A program made the translations under genes and the position numbers. Positions 37,206 to 47,621 of a DNA stretch of 64,000 nt are shown piece by piece; within the stretch, counting starts at the first letter, position 1; every line of letters begins with the position of its first letter. The DNA comes from Pseudomonadota bacterium. Its GTDB lineage: Bacteria; Myxococcota_A; Polyangia; Fen-1088. The notes below the pieces were generated by a model. It had not been told where the DNA came from. It searched no databases and saw only the letters and a list, made by a program, of their open reading frames with translations. The stretch covers positions 4,816-68,815 of the forward strand of contig JAEXQJ010000259.1 in NCBI GenBank assembly GCA_023438785.1. The letters are read 5' to 3'.

Positions 37206-38075
37206 ATGATCGGCATCATCGGTGGAACCGGATTGGGTGACGCGCTCGGCGCCATCGGCAAGGGGCAGCGCCACGACTTGGACACGCCCTTCGGGCGCCC
37301 GTCCGCGCCCATCGTGACCACCGAGATCGACGGTGTGCCGGTGGCCCTTCTGGTTCGCCACGGCGAGGGGCATCTGTTCAACCCGTCCCTGGTCCCCTAT
37401 CGGGCCAACATCTACGCCCTCAAGCAGTTGGGCGTGACCCACATCCTGGCCAGCGGCGCGGTGGGCAGTTTGCGCGAGAAGATCGCCCCGCGCGATCTGG
37501 TCCTGCCCGACCAGGTGATCGACAAGACCTACCGACGGCCGGGCACCTTCTTCGAAGGCATGGCCGTGCACGTGGAGCTATCGTCGCCCTTCTGCCCGGC
37601 CATGCGCAGCGCCCTTGCGGCGGGCGCCGTCGGGCTCCCGTACAAGGTCCACATGCAGGGCACCTACGTGTGCATGGAGGGGCCGCAGTTCTCGTCGCGC
37701 GCCGAGAGCGAGATGCACCGCCAGTGGGGCGGGGATCTCATCGGCATGACGCTCATGCCCGAGGCCAAGTTGGCCCGCGAGGCCGAGCTCTGCTACGCGC
37801 CCATCTCGCTGGCCACCGACTACGACTGCTGGCACCAGCGCCCGGCCAACACGGATCAGCTGCGCCTGCTGGAAGAGATCGTGGGCAACGTTTCGGCGGC
37901 CACTCAGAACGCCATCGGGCTCATTCGCGCCGCCCTGCCGCGGGTGGCAGCTCTGGCGGCCGAGCCGTGTCCCTGCCAGCGTGCCTTGGCCTTGGCCATC
38001 TGGAGCGATCGCAAGCGTATTCCGCTCGAGGTGCGCGAGCGTCTGGCCTTGCTCGTCGCTCGCTACGTCGACTGA
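37206..38075 (+). CDS. mtnP: S-methyl-5'-thioadenosine phosphorylase
   Basis: MIGIIGGTGL...PNP/MTAP fold with AGGAGG upstream. Confidence 0.9.
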   Translation: MIGIIGGTGLGDALGAIGKGQRHDLDTPFGRPSAPIVTTEIDGVPVALLVRHGEGHLFNPSLVPYRANIYALKQLGVTHILASGAVGSLREKIAPRDLVLPDQVIDKTYRRPGTFFEGMAVHVELSSPFCPAMRSALAAGAVGLPYKVHMQGTYVCMEGPQFSSRAESEMHRQWGGDLIGMTLMPEAKLAREAELCYAPISLATDYDCWHQRPANTDQLRLLEEIVGNVSAATQNAIGLIRAALPRVAALAAEPCPCQRALALAIWSDRKRIPLEVRERLALLVARYVD

Positions 38076-38115
38076 CGTTGCCATCGGCGCGCCGTCCACC
38101 TACAACTGACCGGCC

Positions 38116-39213
38116 ATGAAGGTCGCCGGCGTTCCCACTCGCACCATCTTCCTGCACGACGACGGCTGGTCCGTCCAGGTCATCGATCAGACGCTCCTGC
38201 CGCACGAGTATCGACTGGCCTGCCTGACCTCACTCGGCGAGGCGGCCGACGCCATCGCGCATATGGTGGTGCGCGGGGCGCCGCTCATCGGGGCCACGGC
38301 GGCCTACGGATTGGCCCTGGGCCTGCGCGCCGACGCTACCGACGCCGGCCTTTCCCGGGCCTACGACTGCCTGCTGGCCACGCGGCCCACGGCGGTCAAC
38401 CTGCGTTGGGCCCTGGACCAGGTCAGCGCGGCCGTGAAGGCCCTGCGGCCTGAAGAGCGGCCGGCCGCGGCCTACGCCTGCGCGGCCCGCATCTGCGACG
38501 AGGATGTGGCCCTCTGTTCGGCCATCGGCGATCACGGCCGGCGCATCATCGACGAGGTCTGGCAGCGCAAGGGCCGCCAGGGCGTGGTCAATGTGCTCAC
38601 CCACTGCAACGCCGGCTGGCTGGCCACGGTAGATTGGGGCACGGCACTGGCCCCCGTGTACAAGGCGCACGAGGCCGGGATTCCGGTGCACGTGTGGGCC
38701 GAGGAGACGCGGCCGCGCAACCAGGGGGCCTCGCTGACCGCCTGGGAATTGGGCCAGCACGGCGTGCCCCACAAGGTCATCGTGGACAACGCGGGCGGCC
38801 ACCTCATGCAGCACGGGTTGGTGGACCTATGTTTCGTGGGCACCGACCGCACCACGGCGACGGGTGACGTGTGCAACAAGATCGGCACCTACCTCAAGGC
38901 CCTGGCCGCCCACGACTGCGGCGTGCCGTTCTACGTCTGTCTGCCCGGTCCGACCATCGACTGGACGCTCACCGATGGCGTGGCCCAGATCCCCATCGAG
39001 GAGCGCGGCGCCGATGAGGTTCGCCTGGTGCGCGGGCTGGGCGCGGATGGGCGGCCCGCCTCGGTGCTGGTCACGCCGCCCCACAGCCCGGTGGCCAACC
39101 CCGGGTTCGACGTGACGCCCGGGCGATTGGTCACGGGCCTGGTCACCGAACGCGGCGTGTGTACAGCCTCGGCCGCCGGGCTGGCCAGCCTTTATCCCGA
39201 ACACGCGCGATAG
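38116..39213 (+). CDS. mtnA: S-methyl-5-thioribose-1-phosphate isomerase (eIF-2B-like)
   Basis: [39 protein letters not shown]. Confidence 0.9.
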   Translation: MKVAGVPTRTIFLHDDGWSVQVIDQTLLPHEYRLACLTSLGEAADAIAHMVVRGAPLIGATAAYGLALGLRADATDAGLSRAYDCLLATRPTAVNLRWALDQVSAAVKALRPEERPAAAYACAARICDEDVALCSAIGDHGRRIIDEVWQRKGRQGVVNVLTHCNAGWLATVDWGTALAPVYKAHEAGIPVHVWAEETRPRNQGASLTAWELGQHGVPHKVIVDNAGGHLMQHGLVDLCFVGTDRTTATGDVCNKIGTYLKALAAHDCGVPFYVCLPGPTIDWTLTDGVAQIPIEERGADEVRLVRGLGADGRPASVLVTPPHSPVANPGFDVTPGRLVTGLVTERGVCTASAAGLASLYPEHAR

Positions 39214-39264
39214 GCGTCAACCAGGGCGGCCCTGGACCCGTTCCCGTTGTAGAGTGCGCGGTCC

Positions 39265-40584
39265 ATGGCACGGATAGCACCCTTTCGCGCACTCAGGTTC
39301 GACCTCGCCCGTTTCGCTGATCCCTCGGCGCTCATCGCTCCGCCCTATGACGTGATTGGCGAGGCCCAGCGCCAGGCCCTGGAGGCGGCCAGCCCGCGCA
39401 ACATCGTGCGCCTGGACCTGCCGCGCGGCGAGGGCGACGCGCGCTACGAGTATGCGCGCGCCGAGTTGGAACGCTGGATCGCCGAAGGCACGTTGCGCGA
39501 GGACGCCAAGCCGGCCATCTACCGCTACGAACAGACCTTCACCTTCGCGGGCGCGGCGGGCACGAGGACGTACACGCGCAAAGGCTTCTTCTCCCTCATC
39601 GAGCTGACGCCGTTTTCCGAGCGCATCGTGCTGCCCCACGAGCACACCCTGTCCGGCCCCACGGTGGATCGCTTCAAGCTCATCAGGCGCACGCGGGCCC
39701 ATTTCTCCCAGGTGTTCTCGTTGTACCGCGATCCGGCCGGCGAGGCCGAGGCGGCGCTGGACAGTGCCTGCCAGGTCGCACCCGACTTCGATGCCACCAC
39801 GCCCGATGGCTGCCGCCACCGCCTGTGGGCGGTGAGCGCGCCGTCGGTGATCGCCAAGGTGGCCGCCACGCTGGCCCCGCGTCAGGTGATGATTGCTGAC
39901 GGACACCACCGCTACGAGACCATGATCGCCATCCGCGATGAGCTGCGTCCGGCGGGCCTGCCCATGGGCCAGTCACTGGCCGACTGGGGCTGTATGTTCT
40001 TCGCTCGCGCCGAGGATCCGGGGCTGCTGGTGCTGCCCACCCACCGTATGGTGCATGGCCTGCCCGACGGCGCGCTGCCGGGGCTGGCCGAGCGGGCGCG
40101 TCCCTGGTTCGAGGTGTCCGTGGGACAGGAGCGCGACCCCGCGGCCCTGGAGGCGCGGCTGCGGCGCGAGGGTGAGCAGACGGTGAGCTTTGCGCTTCGT
40201 CGGGCCGGCGAGGCGAACACCACGTGGCTCAGGCTGCGCGCCGACGCGGACCTCAGCCGCCTGGGACCGCCCGCCCTGGCTCGCCTGGATGTGAGCGTGC
40301 TGCACGGCTTGCTTCTGGAGCCGCTGCTGGGTATCGGCGCCGAGGCCATGGCCAAGCAGTCCAACCTCTCTTACAGCCACGAGCTGCGCGAGACCCTGGA
40401 TCGGGTCGAGGCCGGCAAGGTGCAGGGCGCGTTTTGTATGAACCCCACCAAGGTGGGGCAGGTGCTCGACGCGTGCGAGGCGGGATTCGTGCTGCCGCAG
40501 AAGTCCACCTACTTTCAGCCCAAGCTGGCCACCGGTCTGGTGATGATGCGCATCGATCCCGGCGCGCGGCCCACGCTGTCCTGA
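39265..40584 (+). CDS. DUF1015 family protein
   Basis: MARIAPFRALRF...PPYDVI...ADGHHRY, consistent with DUF1015 from memory. Confidence 0.75.
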   Translation: MARIAPFRALRFDLARFADPSALIAPPYDVIGEAQRQALEAASPRNIVRLDLPRGEGDARYEYARAELERWIAEGTLREDAKPAIYRYEQTFTFAGAAGTRTYTRKGFFSLIELTPFSERIVLPHEHTLSGPTVDRFKLIRRTRAHFSQVFSLYRDPAGEAEAALDSACQVAPDFDATTPDGCRHRLWAVSAPSVIAKVAATLAPRQVMIADGHHRYETMIAIRDELRPAGLPMGQSLADWGCMFFARAEDPGLLVLPTHRMVHGLPDGALPGLAERARPWFEVSVGQERDPAALEARLRREGEQTVSFALRRAGEANTTWLRLRADADLSRLGPPALARLDVSVLHGLLLEPLLGIGAEAMAKQSNLSYSHELRETLDRVEAGKVQGAFCMNPTKVGQVLDACEAGFVLPQKSTYFQPKLATGLVMMRIDPGARPTLS

Positions 40585-40586
40585 CG

Positions 40587-41315
40587 ATGAACGCTGCCGC
40601 CGACGAGGTGACGCGCGACTCGCTCCTCCGCGGGCGGGTCAAGCTGCTCCAGCCGGCGCGCGGTTTTCGGTCCAGCCTGGACCCCGTGCTCCTGGCGGGA
40701 TTCGTAGGCGTGCCCTGCGGGCACTTCTTGGACATCGGCTGTGGCACAGGCGCGGTGGCCTTCCTGCTGCTGACCCGCGATCCGCAGGCCACCGGCCTGG
40801 GCGTCGAGATCCAGCCCCGTCTGGCCGGCTTGGCGGCGCGGGCCGTGGAGGAGAACGGCTTTGGCGCGCGTTTCGTTCTGCAGAACGCGGACGTGCGCGA
40901 GCCCGGGCGGGTGGCGGCCGCGTCTTTCGACTTGGTGGCCACCAATCCGCCCTTTCGTCCCGTGGGCAAGGGCGTGCTGCCGCCGCACCACGAGCGTTCG
41001 CTGGCCCACCACGAGGTGACGCTGAGCTTGGCCGAGTGGCTGGATGTGGCCCGGCTGGCGCTCAAGTCCACGGGGAGGCTGTGCGTGGTGTACCCGGCCG
41101 AGCGCCTGGCCGAATTGCAGGCCGGCCTCGCGGCACGCGGCCTTCATGCCTCGCGCGTTCGCCTGGTCGAGCCTCACGCCGGCCAGACTCCCAACCGCGT
41201 CTTGCTGGAGGCGCGCCTCGGTTCGGGCCCTACGCTGCGCGAGCCACCCCTGGTTCTGCACGAGGGCGGTACTTACAGCCCGGAGGTTCGGTCCATGCTG
41301 GGCGAGGAGACCTGA
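40587..41315 (+). CDS. Class I SAM-dependent N6-adenine methyltransferase (TrmN6/YfiC-like)
   Basis: Internal ATG at 40587. SAM-binding motif DIGCGTGAV and catalytic NPPF motif. Confidence 0.75.
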   Translation: MNAAADEVTRDSLLRGRVKLLQPARGFRSSLDPVLLAGFVGVPCGHFLDIGCGTGAVAFLLLTRDPQATGLGVEIQPRLAGLAARAVEENGFGARFVLQNADVREPGRVAAASFDLVATNPPFRPVGKGVLPPHHERSLAHHEVTLSLAEWLDVARLALKSTGRLCVVYPAERLAELQAGLAARGLHASRVRLVEPHAGQTPNRVLLEARLGSGPTLREPPLVLHEGGTYSPEVRSMLGEET

Positions 41316-41770
41316 TGTACCGGCTCGCCTATGTCTTGTCGATCTGGTTTGGGTGCGGCCGCTTTCCCAAGGCACCGGGGACGGCGGGGACGTTGGGTGC
41401 GATCCCGCTCTATCTCTTGCTGCGCTACCTGGGCGGCGCACCGGCGGTGGCCGCGGCGGCCCTGCTCATCACCGCGGTCGGCATCTGGTCGTCCAACCAG
41501 GTGGTGCGCAGGCTGGGCGTCAAGGATCCGCAAATCGTGTGCATCGACGAGGTGGCGGGCGTGCTCATCACCCTGGTGGCCGCGCCCGCCAACTTGACGG
41601 GCCTGGTGGTCGGGGTGGTCCTCTTCCGCGTCTTCGACCAATTCAAGCCGCCGCCCGCCCGCGCCGCCGAGCGGCTACCCGAGGGGTGGGGGGTCGTGAT
41701 GGATGACGTCTTAGCCGGGCTGTGGGGCGTGGTCGTTCTGGTGATAGCCCGCGCCGTCGGGCTGCTCTGA
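41315..41770 (+). CDS. pgpA: Phosphatidylglycerophosphatase A
   Basis: TGATG overlap with the upstream gene. FGCGRFPKAPGTAGTLGAIPL is the PgpA signature. Confidence 0.85.
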   Translation: MYRLAYVLSIWFGCGRFPKAPGTAGTLGAIPLYLLLRYLGGAPAVAAAALLITAVGIWSSNQVVRRLGVKDPQIVCIDEVAGVLITLVAAPANLTGLVVGVVLFRVFDQFKPPPARAAERLPEGWGVVMDDVLAGLWGVVVLVIARAVGLL

Positions 41771-41775
41771 CCACC

Positions 41776-42426
41776 ATGGGGTGCATCCTGTGCGGCGGGA
41801 CCGGCGTGGGGCCGTTCTTCGCCGACCGCCGTCGCACGTTCGTGCATTGCCCGCAATGCGATTTGGTCTTCGTGCCGCGCGCGCAATTGCTTGGCCCCAC
41901 CGAGGAGCGGGCCCGCTACGCCCAGCACCACAACACGGCCGCCGACCCGGCCTATCTGCGCTACATCGATGGCTGCATCGCCGAATTGCGCCGCCTGCCC
42001 CTGGAGGGCGCCCGCATCTTGGACTTCGGCTGTGGCGAGCACGCGGTCATGGCGGCTCGTCTGCGTTCTCTGGGCTTGGAGTGCACGGCCTATGATCCGT
42101 TGTACGGACTGGGCGCGCACGCCCTGGCGGGAACCTACGACGTGGTCGCCGCGGTCGAGGTGATGGAGCACCTGCGCGAGCCGCGCCAGGAAATCGAGCG
42201 GCTGGTCGCTTGTTTGGGCCTGCACGGACGTCTCTTCGTGCGCACCCTGCTGCGCAGCGAGGACGCGCCGTTCTGCACCTGGTGGTACAAGAACGACCCC
42301 ACCCACGTGAACTTCTTCTCGGAGGAGACCTGGCGCCACGTGGCCCGCCGGTTCGCTCTGAGATGGGATTTTTGCGACGGCCGTCAGATCACGGTCCTGA
42401 GGGCCCAAGAAGCGCGGGTGCCCTAA
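41776..42426 (+). CDS. Class I SAM-dependent methyltransferase with N-terminal zinc ribbon
   Basis: Internal ATG at 41776. CILCGG...HCPQCD, then LDFGCGEH and VVAAVEVMEHL. Confidence 0.7.
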   Translation: MGCILCGGTGVGPFFADRRRTFVHCPQCDLVFVPRAQLLGPTEERARYAQHHNTAADPAYLRYIDGCIAELRRLPLEGARILDFGCGEHAVMAARLRSLGLECTAYDPLYGLGAHALAGTYDVVAAVEVMEHLREPRQEIERLVACLGLHGRLFVRTLLRSEDAPFCTWWYKNDPTHVNFFSEETWRHVARRFALRWDFCDGRQITVLRAQEARVP

Positions 42427-44978
42427 GGCAGCCGGCCCACTTGCAGGGTGGCCTTCTCCTCGGCTGTTTCCAGCGCCACGCGCGCCGCGCCCCGGGCCCT
42501 CTTCCACAACAGCAGCACGGCAGGCAAAACGGCCAGCGCGGTGATGAGGCAGGTCAGCTCGCCCAACACGGCCACCAGACCGAAGAGGAACAGGCCGTGG
42601 TTCTTGGCTAGAAGCAGCGAGGAGTAGCCGATGATGGTGGTGGCCGAACAAAGGCCCACGGCGGCCCCCGTGGATTCGATGGGCCCCACGATGTCGTCGC
42701 ACCCCTCCTGCACGTAGCGCGAGACCACGTTCACCGCGTAGTCCACGCCAATGCCGAAGGTGATGGGAAAGGCGATGAAGTTCACGAAGTTGATCTTCAC
42801 GCCGAGCAGGAACGTGGAGGCCACCAGCCACAACACGCCCAAGGCCAGCGAGCCGGTGACCAGCAAGGTGGAGGCGCTCCAGCGGAACATGAGGATCACC
42901 ATGATGGCCACCCCGCAGAAGGCGACCAGGCTGGCCATGGGACCGTCACGGCTGATGGAGGACACGATGTCGGCTGACAGCGGCAAGGTGCCGGCCACGC
43001 GGGGCGGCCGCTTGACCGAGACCGCCTCGGTCGACGTCTTGCGCACCTCATGGACGAAGGTCTGCAGCGCCTTGCCGTGCCAGATGGCCTTGGACAGGGT
43101 GGGGTAGACCAACACCGAGCGGCCCAGCGAGCCGTCGTGCTCGCGCAAGGCCGTGGTGAAGGTGGCGGGCAGATCCTGCTCACGGATGGGCGACAGGGGC
43201 TCCGTGCCGATGAGCTTGTCCACCTTGGTCAGAAGTGCCGGATCCACCTCGGCCCGGGTCACGGGCGAAAGGAGACGCCGGATCTTCTCAATCTCGGCGA
43301 TCTTCTCCTCCTGATGCGGCGGAAGCACGGTGTCCAGGCTGCGCAGGTCAGAGAGCAGCGGCCCCAGGGGCGGGTGGCCCATGGCCTTGCGCAGGCTCTC
43401 GTCGACGAGGCGGGCATCTTTCGCCGAGTCGGTGAGCACGACGGTGGGGGTCAGATACTGACCCAGCACCTTGTCCATCTTGGGGCCCCAATAGCCCTCG
43501 CCACTGGTCCAGGTCTCGCGTTGGCGCAGCTTGGAGAAATTGGTCTCGATGCGCGAGGCATTCAGGCGGGGCAGGGTGGTCAGCGACGCGGCCGTGAGCA
43601 GGGCGCCTCCCAGAGCCATGGCCAGCGGGTGCGCGGCCACGAAGCGTGCGAAACGCTGCATGGGCAGGCGTCCCTGCTCGGCGCTGCGCTTGGGGCGCGG
43701 TGCCGTCTGCGGGCCTCGATCCAGCCAGGCCAGAAGGGGCGGCGTGAGCGCGAAGCTGCATATCCAACACAGCACCATGCCGAGGCCGCCAATCACGCCG
43801 AACTGCCGGAATCCGCGGAACTCGGTGAGCATGAGCGAGGCGTAGGCCGCGCCCGCCGCCAGGGCCGCCACCAGGGTGCCCAGACGTGCTCCCCACACCG
43901 CCTCGACCAGCGAGTCCTCGATGTTCTGCCCGCGCCGGCGTGCCTCCACGTAGCGCGACAGAAGCATGATGCCGAAGTTGACACCGTTGCCGATGATGAT
44001 GGAGCCCAGGAAGGCCGTGTTGGAATTGAGCTCCGTGACCCGCCAGGGGGGCAGCGTGGCCACCGCGAACGAGTACATGACGGCGGTGACCAGCGGCAGG
44101 AAGAGCGCGGGAATGGCGCGCCACCAGCGGAAGTAGAGCAGGACCACCGCGATGACCGCCGCCAGGACCAGCAGCGACGCCAGCGTCAGATCCACCTCCA
44201 GCGCCGACGTCTCCTCGACGGTGATGGCCACGTCCCCCGAGAATCCTAGGCGCATGCCCGGCGCGTAGTGGGCCGTTCCGCCCAGGGCCGCGATGTCCTT
44301 CTGCACGCGTTCCAGCAGCGCGCGCGCCGCCGGCGCCCCCGTCGAGAACCCGCCCTTCTCGATGAGCAGCACGGCGGTCGCCAAGTCGGGCGAGGAGAAG
44401 CGATCGCCGGGCGCGCCCCTGCTCTTGCCCTCGTACTTGGCGACGATGTCCGAGAAATCCAGCGTCGGGGCCGGCTCGTCGTCGAGCAGGGACAGCTCCA
44501 GCTTCTTGGACATCTCCCAGCGCTTGCGCTCGCCGATGCGTTCGCGAATGGTGCGCAGATCCGAGAGATCGACGTACAGGGCCGCGTTCTTGTCGAGGAA
44601 ACGCCGCTCTTCACCCGCGCCCGTGCGCACGGCCCGCACCATGTCCTTGGGATAGCCGCGGATGCGCGCCGCCAGATCGTCAAGCATGCGCTCGGCGGCC
44701 GGCAACTTGTCGCGACTGCCCGCGTCCACCACCACGCCCAAGTACTGCAGGCCGGGCATGCGCCGCCGCAGCTCGTCCACCGCCCGCACGCTGGCCGAAT
44801 CGCGCGGCAGGAGCTCCTCGATATCGCTGTTGAGGTGCAGATAGAGCCGCGCCGTGGCCAGGCCCGCGGGGATGGCCAATAGCAGGGCCGCCGCCCACAG
44901 GAGGCGGCCGCGTCGGATGGTCCAGCGTACGAACCGGCGGGTCCGTGGACCGGGCTTGGAGATGGTCTTACTGATCAT
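42423..44978 (-). CDS. MMPL/RND-superfamily exporter (HpnN-like)
   Basis: 851 aa. Two 6-TM bundles plus two large periplasmic loops, the MMPL pattern. Confidence 0.85.
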   Translation of the reverse strand: MISKTISKPGPRTRRFVRWTIRRGRLLWAAALLLAIPAGLATARLYLHLNSDIEELLPRDSASVRAVDELRRRMPGLQYLGVVVDAGSRDKLPAAERMLDDLAARIRGYPKDMVRAVRTGAGEERRFLDKNAALYVDLSDLRTIRERIGERKRWEMSKKLELSLLDDEPAPTLDFSDIVAKYEGKSRGAPGDRFSSPDLATAVLLIEKGGFSTGAPAARALLERVQKDIAALGGTAHYAPGMRLGFSGDVAITVEETSALEVDLTLASLLVLAAVIAVVLLYFRWWRAIPALFLPLVTAVMYSFAVATLPPWRVTELNSNTAFLGSIIIGNGVNFGIMLLSRYVEARRRGQNIEDSLVEAVWGARLGTLVAALAAGAAYASLMLTEFRGFRQFGVIGGLGMVLCWICSFALTPPLLAWLDRGPQTAPRPKRSAEQGRLPMQRFARFVAAHPLAMALGGALLTAASLTTLPRLNASRIETNFSKLRQRETWTSGEGYWGPKMDKVLGQYLTPTVVLTDSAKDARLVDESLRKAMGHPPLGPLLSDLRSLDTVLPPHQEEKIAEIEKIRRLLSPVTRAEVDPALLTKVDKLIGTEPLSPIREQDLPATFTTALREHDGSLGRSVLVYPTLSKAIWHGKALQTFVHEVRKTSTEAVSVKRPPRVAGTLPLSADIVSSISRDGPMASLVAFCGVAIMVILMFRWSASTLLVTGSLALGVLWLVASTFLLGVKINFVNFIAFPITFGIGVDYAVNVVSRYVQEGCDDIVGPIESTGAAVGLCSATTIIGYSSLLLAKNHGLFLFGLVAVLGELTCLITALAVLPAVLLLWKRARGAARVALETAEEKATLQVGRLP

Positions 44979-44993
44979 AAGGCTTTTGACGGG

Positions 44994-45749
44994 CTAGGTC
45001 CGCGACGCCTCGGCGGCCTTGGCGGCTTGCCACAGGCGATCTTGTTCCTCGGGCGAGGCGTCGGACACGCTGCGGCCCTGGGCCTCCAACGTTTGTTCCA
45101 CGTGCCCGAAGCGGCGCCCAAAACGGTCCGTGGCCGCGCGCAGAGCGTTCTCCGCGTCCAGTCCCAGCTTGCGTGCGTAGTTCGTGATGGCGAAGAGCAG
45201 GTCGCCCAGTTCGTGCACCATGTGGGCCTGGTCGCCTGAGGCGCAGGCCTGGTCCAACTCGGCCAGCTCTTCGTTGATCTTCTCGCGCGGTCCGGCGGCG
45301 TCGGGCCAGTCGAAGCCCACGGCGCTGGCCTTCTCGCCGGCACGCATGGCACGCACCAGGGCGGGGGCACTGCGTGGGATGCCGTTCAGCGCACCCTTCT
45401 TGCCCTTCTTGGCCTTCTCCGCCGCCTTGACCTTGGCCCAGTTCACCAGCACCTCATCCGAGGTCTCGGCGTGCACCTCACCGAAGACGTGCGGGTGCCG
45501 CCGCACCAGCTTGGCCACGATGCCCCTGATCACGTCGTCGATGCCGAAGGTGCCCTCGCCCGATCGCAGCTCAGCCTGGAACACCACCTGCAACAGCAGG
45601 TCACCCAACTCCTCGGCGTGGTCGTGCGCGTTTCCCGAGTGGACCGCGTCCACCACCTCGTAGGTCTCCTCGACCACGTAGGGCAGCAAGGATTCCAGCG
45701 TCTGCTCTCGATCCCAGGGACATCCGCCGGGCGCCAGCAGCCGCTGCAT
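44994..45749 (-). CDS. mazG: Nucleoside triphosphate pyrophosphohydrolase MazG (tandem MazG domains)
   Basis: GCPWDREQT, EEAYE-like EETYEVVDAV, ELGDLLLQVVF and ELGDLLFAITNYAR. ATG 45749 chosen; an upstream non-ATG start is possible. Confidence 0.8.
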   Translation of the reverse strand: MQRLLAPGGCPWDREQTLESLLPYVVEETYEVVDAVHSGNAHDHAEELGDLLLQVVFQAELRSGEGTFGIDDVIRGIVAKLVRRHPHVFGEVHAETSDEVLVNWAKVKAAEKAKKGKKGALNGIPRSAPALVRAMRAGEKASAVGFDWPDAAGPREKINEELAELDQACASGDQAHMVHELGDLLFAITNYARKLGLDAENALRAATDRFGRRFGHVEQTLEAQGRSVSDASPEEQDRLWQAAKAAEASRT

Positions 45750-45920
45750 CAGGCCCACGAGGTCGGAGAAATTGTGTCCGGTTTGCTTGCCGGGCAGCGG
45801 TGCCAAATCGAGGGCGGGGGCAGGTGTGTCCACGTGGATGTGCGAGTGTAACCGTGCTCGCCGGGGCTGCAACCGGGGTTTTTCGACGAGCGCGACGGCC
45901 CACGGCCGGCGAACCACCTG

Positions 45921-47000
45921 GTGGCACCTTGGGTTCCGTGGTACAGACACGGTGTACTGTTGCAGCGCCCAATCGATTCCCCACGCAGCCGAGACGACGT
46001 CGAGTCAGACCGAGTGGTCCTCGACGATAACCGCGTCGCCCTGACCCTGTTCGGGGAGAAGAACTCGAACCTGAAAAGGATTGAGCAGGAGACGGGGGCG
46101 AAGCTGCACTCCCGCGGTAACGAGCTCACGTTTCTCGGTTCGAACGACGCTATCGCGCAGGCGCGCCGGCTAGTCGAACAGCTGTACCGCATGGTGCGCA
46201 GCGGCCGTCCGGTGGGCGTGGATGACGTCACGCGCGCGGCCCACGTCCTGCGGGGCGATGCCAACGCCAACCTGCAGGAGGTGTTCTCCGACACCATCCT
46301 GGTGGGCAGCCGTGCCCGCCCCATCGCGCCCAAGGGCCTGGCCCAGAAGCGCTACGTGGATGCCATTCGCGAGCGCGACATCGTGTTCGCCATCGGTCCC
46401 GCGGGCACCGGCAAGACCTACCTGGCTATGGCCCTGGCCCTGCGTGAGCTGATGGAGAAGCGGGTCAAGCGCATCGTCCTCACCCGCCCGGCCATCGAGG
46501 CAGGCGAGCGACTGGGCTTTCTCCCCGGCAGCATGGAGGAGAAGGTCTCTCCCTACCTGCGGCCGCTGTACGACGCCCTCCACGACATGATGGATTTCGA
46601 TCGGGCGCACCAGTTGGTGGAACGCGGGATGATCGAGATCGCGCCCATCGCCTTCATGCGCGGGCGCACGCTCAACGATTCCTTCGTCATTCTCGACGAG
46701 GCCCAGAACACCACGACCGAACAGATGAAGATGTTCCTCACGCGCCTGGGCTACGATTCCAAGGCGGTGATCACGGGCGACATCACGCAAATCGACTTGC
46801 CCGACCACCGGCGCTCGGGCCTGACCGAGGCCGAGTCCATCTTGCGCGGCATCGAGGGCATCGCCTTCTGCTACTTCACCGAGGTGGACGTGGTGCGCCA
46901 CCCGCTGGTCAGCGAGATCATCAAGGCCTACGACCGCAAGGCCCAAGCCAACGGCAACGGTCGAGGTCCCGCTGAGCCTTCCGCCGACGGCGAGAAGTGA
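45921..47000 (+). CDS. phoH: PhoH-like ATPase (YbeZ)
   Basis: Walker A GPAGTGKT and a KH-like N-terminal part. The start is uncertain (GTG 45921 or GTG 46014). Confidence 0.9.
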   Translation: MAPWVPWYRHGVLLQRPIDSPRSRDDVESDRVVLDDNRVALTLFGEKNSNLKRIEQETGAKLHSRGNELTFLGSNDAIAQARRLVEQLYRMVRSGRPVGVDDVTRAAHVLRGDANANLQEVFSDTILVGSRARPIAPKGLAQKRYVDAIRERDIVFAIGPAGTGKTYLAMALALRELMEKRVKRIVLTRPAIEAGERLGFLPGSMEEKVSPYLRPLYDALHDMMDFDRAHQLVERGMIEIAPIAFMRGRTLNDSFVILDEAQNTTTEQMKMFLTRLGYDSKAVITGDITQIDLPDHRRSGLTEAESILRGIEGIAFCYFTEVDVVRHPLVSEIIKAYDRKAQANGNGRGPAEPSADGEK

Positions 47001-47101
47001 CACCTTCGCCCGCCCTGTCCTGGCCGGACACGGAAGCGCCGATCCGTCGGCGGATGGTTCGTCTTCACCGACGCTGAGATTTGCGAGAGGGTGCCGCAAC
47101 C

Positions 47102-47551
47102 ATGCCCATCGACGTGCTCGTGCGCGGAAATGCCGGGAAGCTGCTCGACGCGGCCGGGCGAAGGGCGGTGGCCACTCGCCTGCGCGCGGCCTTGCGCCTA
47201 CTCGGGCGCTCGCGCTCGTCGGCCACCCTGGTCTTCACCGACGATCAGGAGATCCGCGCGCTCAACCGCGACTACCGCCAGATCGATCGCGCCACCGACG
47301 TGCTCAGCTTCCACATGCAGGTCCTGTCCGGTGAGACCGATCCCGCCGGCGATCACGCCTTTCTCGGCGACATCGTGATCTCGGTCGAGACGCTGCTTCG
47401 GCGCAGTGGGCGATCCCGGCTGGCCCGCGATTTGGACCGGGTGGCCGTGCACGGCCTCTGCCACCTCTTCGGTCACGACCACCACCGGCCCGGCCAGGCC
47501 GTGCGCATGCGCGCCCTGGAGCGACGGCTGCTCGCCGGTACCCGTCCCTGA
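47102..47551 (+). CDS. ybeY: rRNA maturation endoribonuclease YbeY
   Basis: Internal ATG at 47102 with GAGAGGG upstream. Metal-binding HGLCHLFGHDH motif. Confidence 0.9.
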   Translation: MPIDVLVRGNAGKLLDAAGRRAVATRLRAALRLLGRSRSSATLVFTDDQEIRALNRDYRQIDRATDVLSFHMQVLSGETDPAGDHAFLGDIVISVETLLRRSGRSRLARDLDRVAVHGLCHLFGHDHHRPGQAVRMRALERRLLAGTRP

Positions 47552-47621
47552 GCATCGGTGTTGACCCGCGCGGGGCCTGGAGGTAATCGGCACGGATTGG
47601 CCTCTCGCGCATCGGACACCC

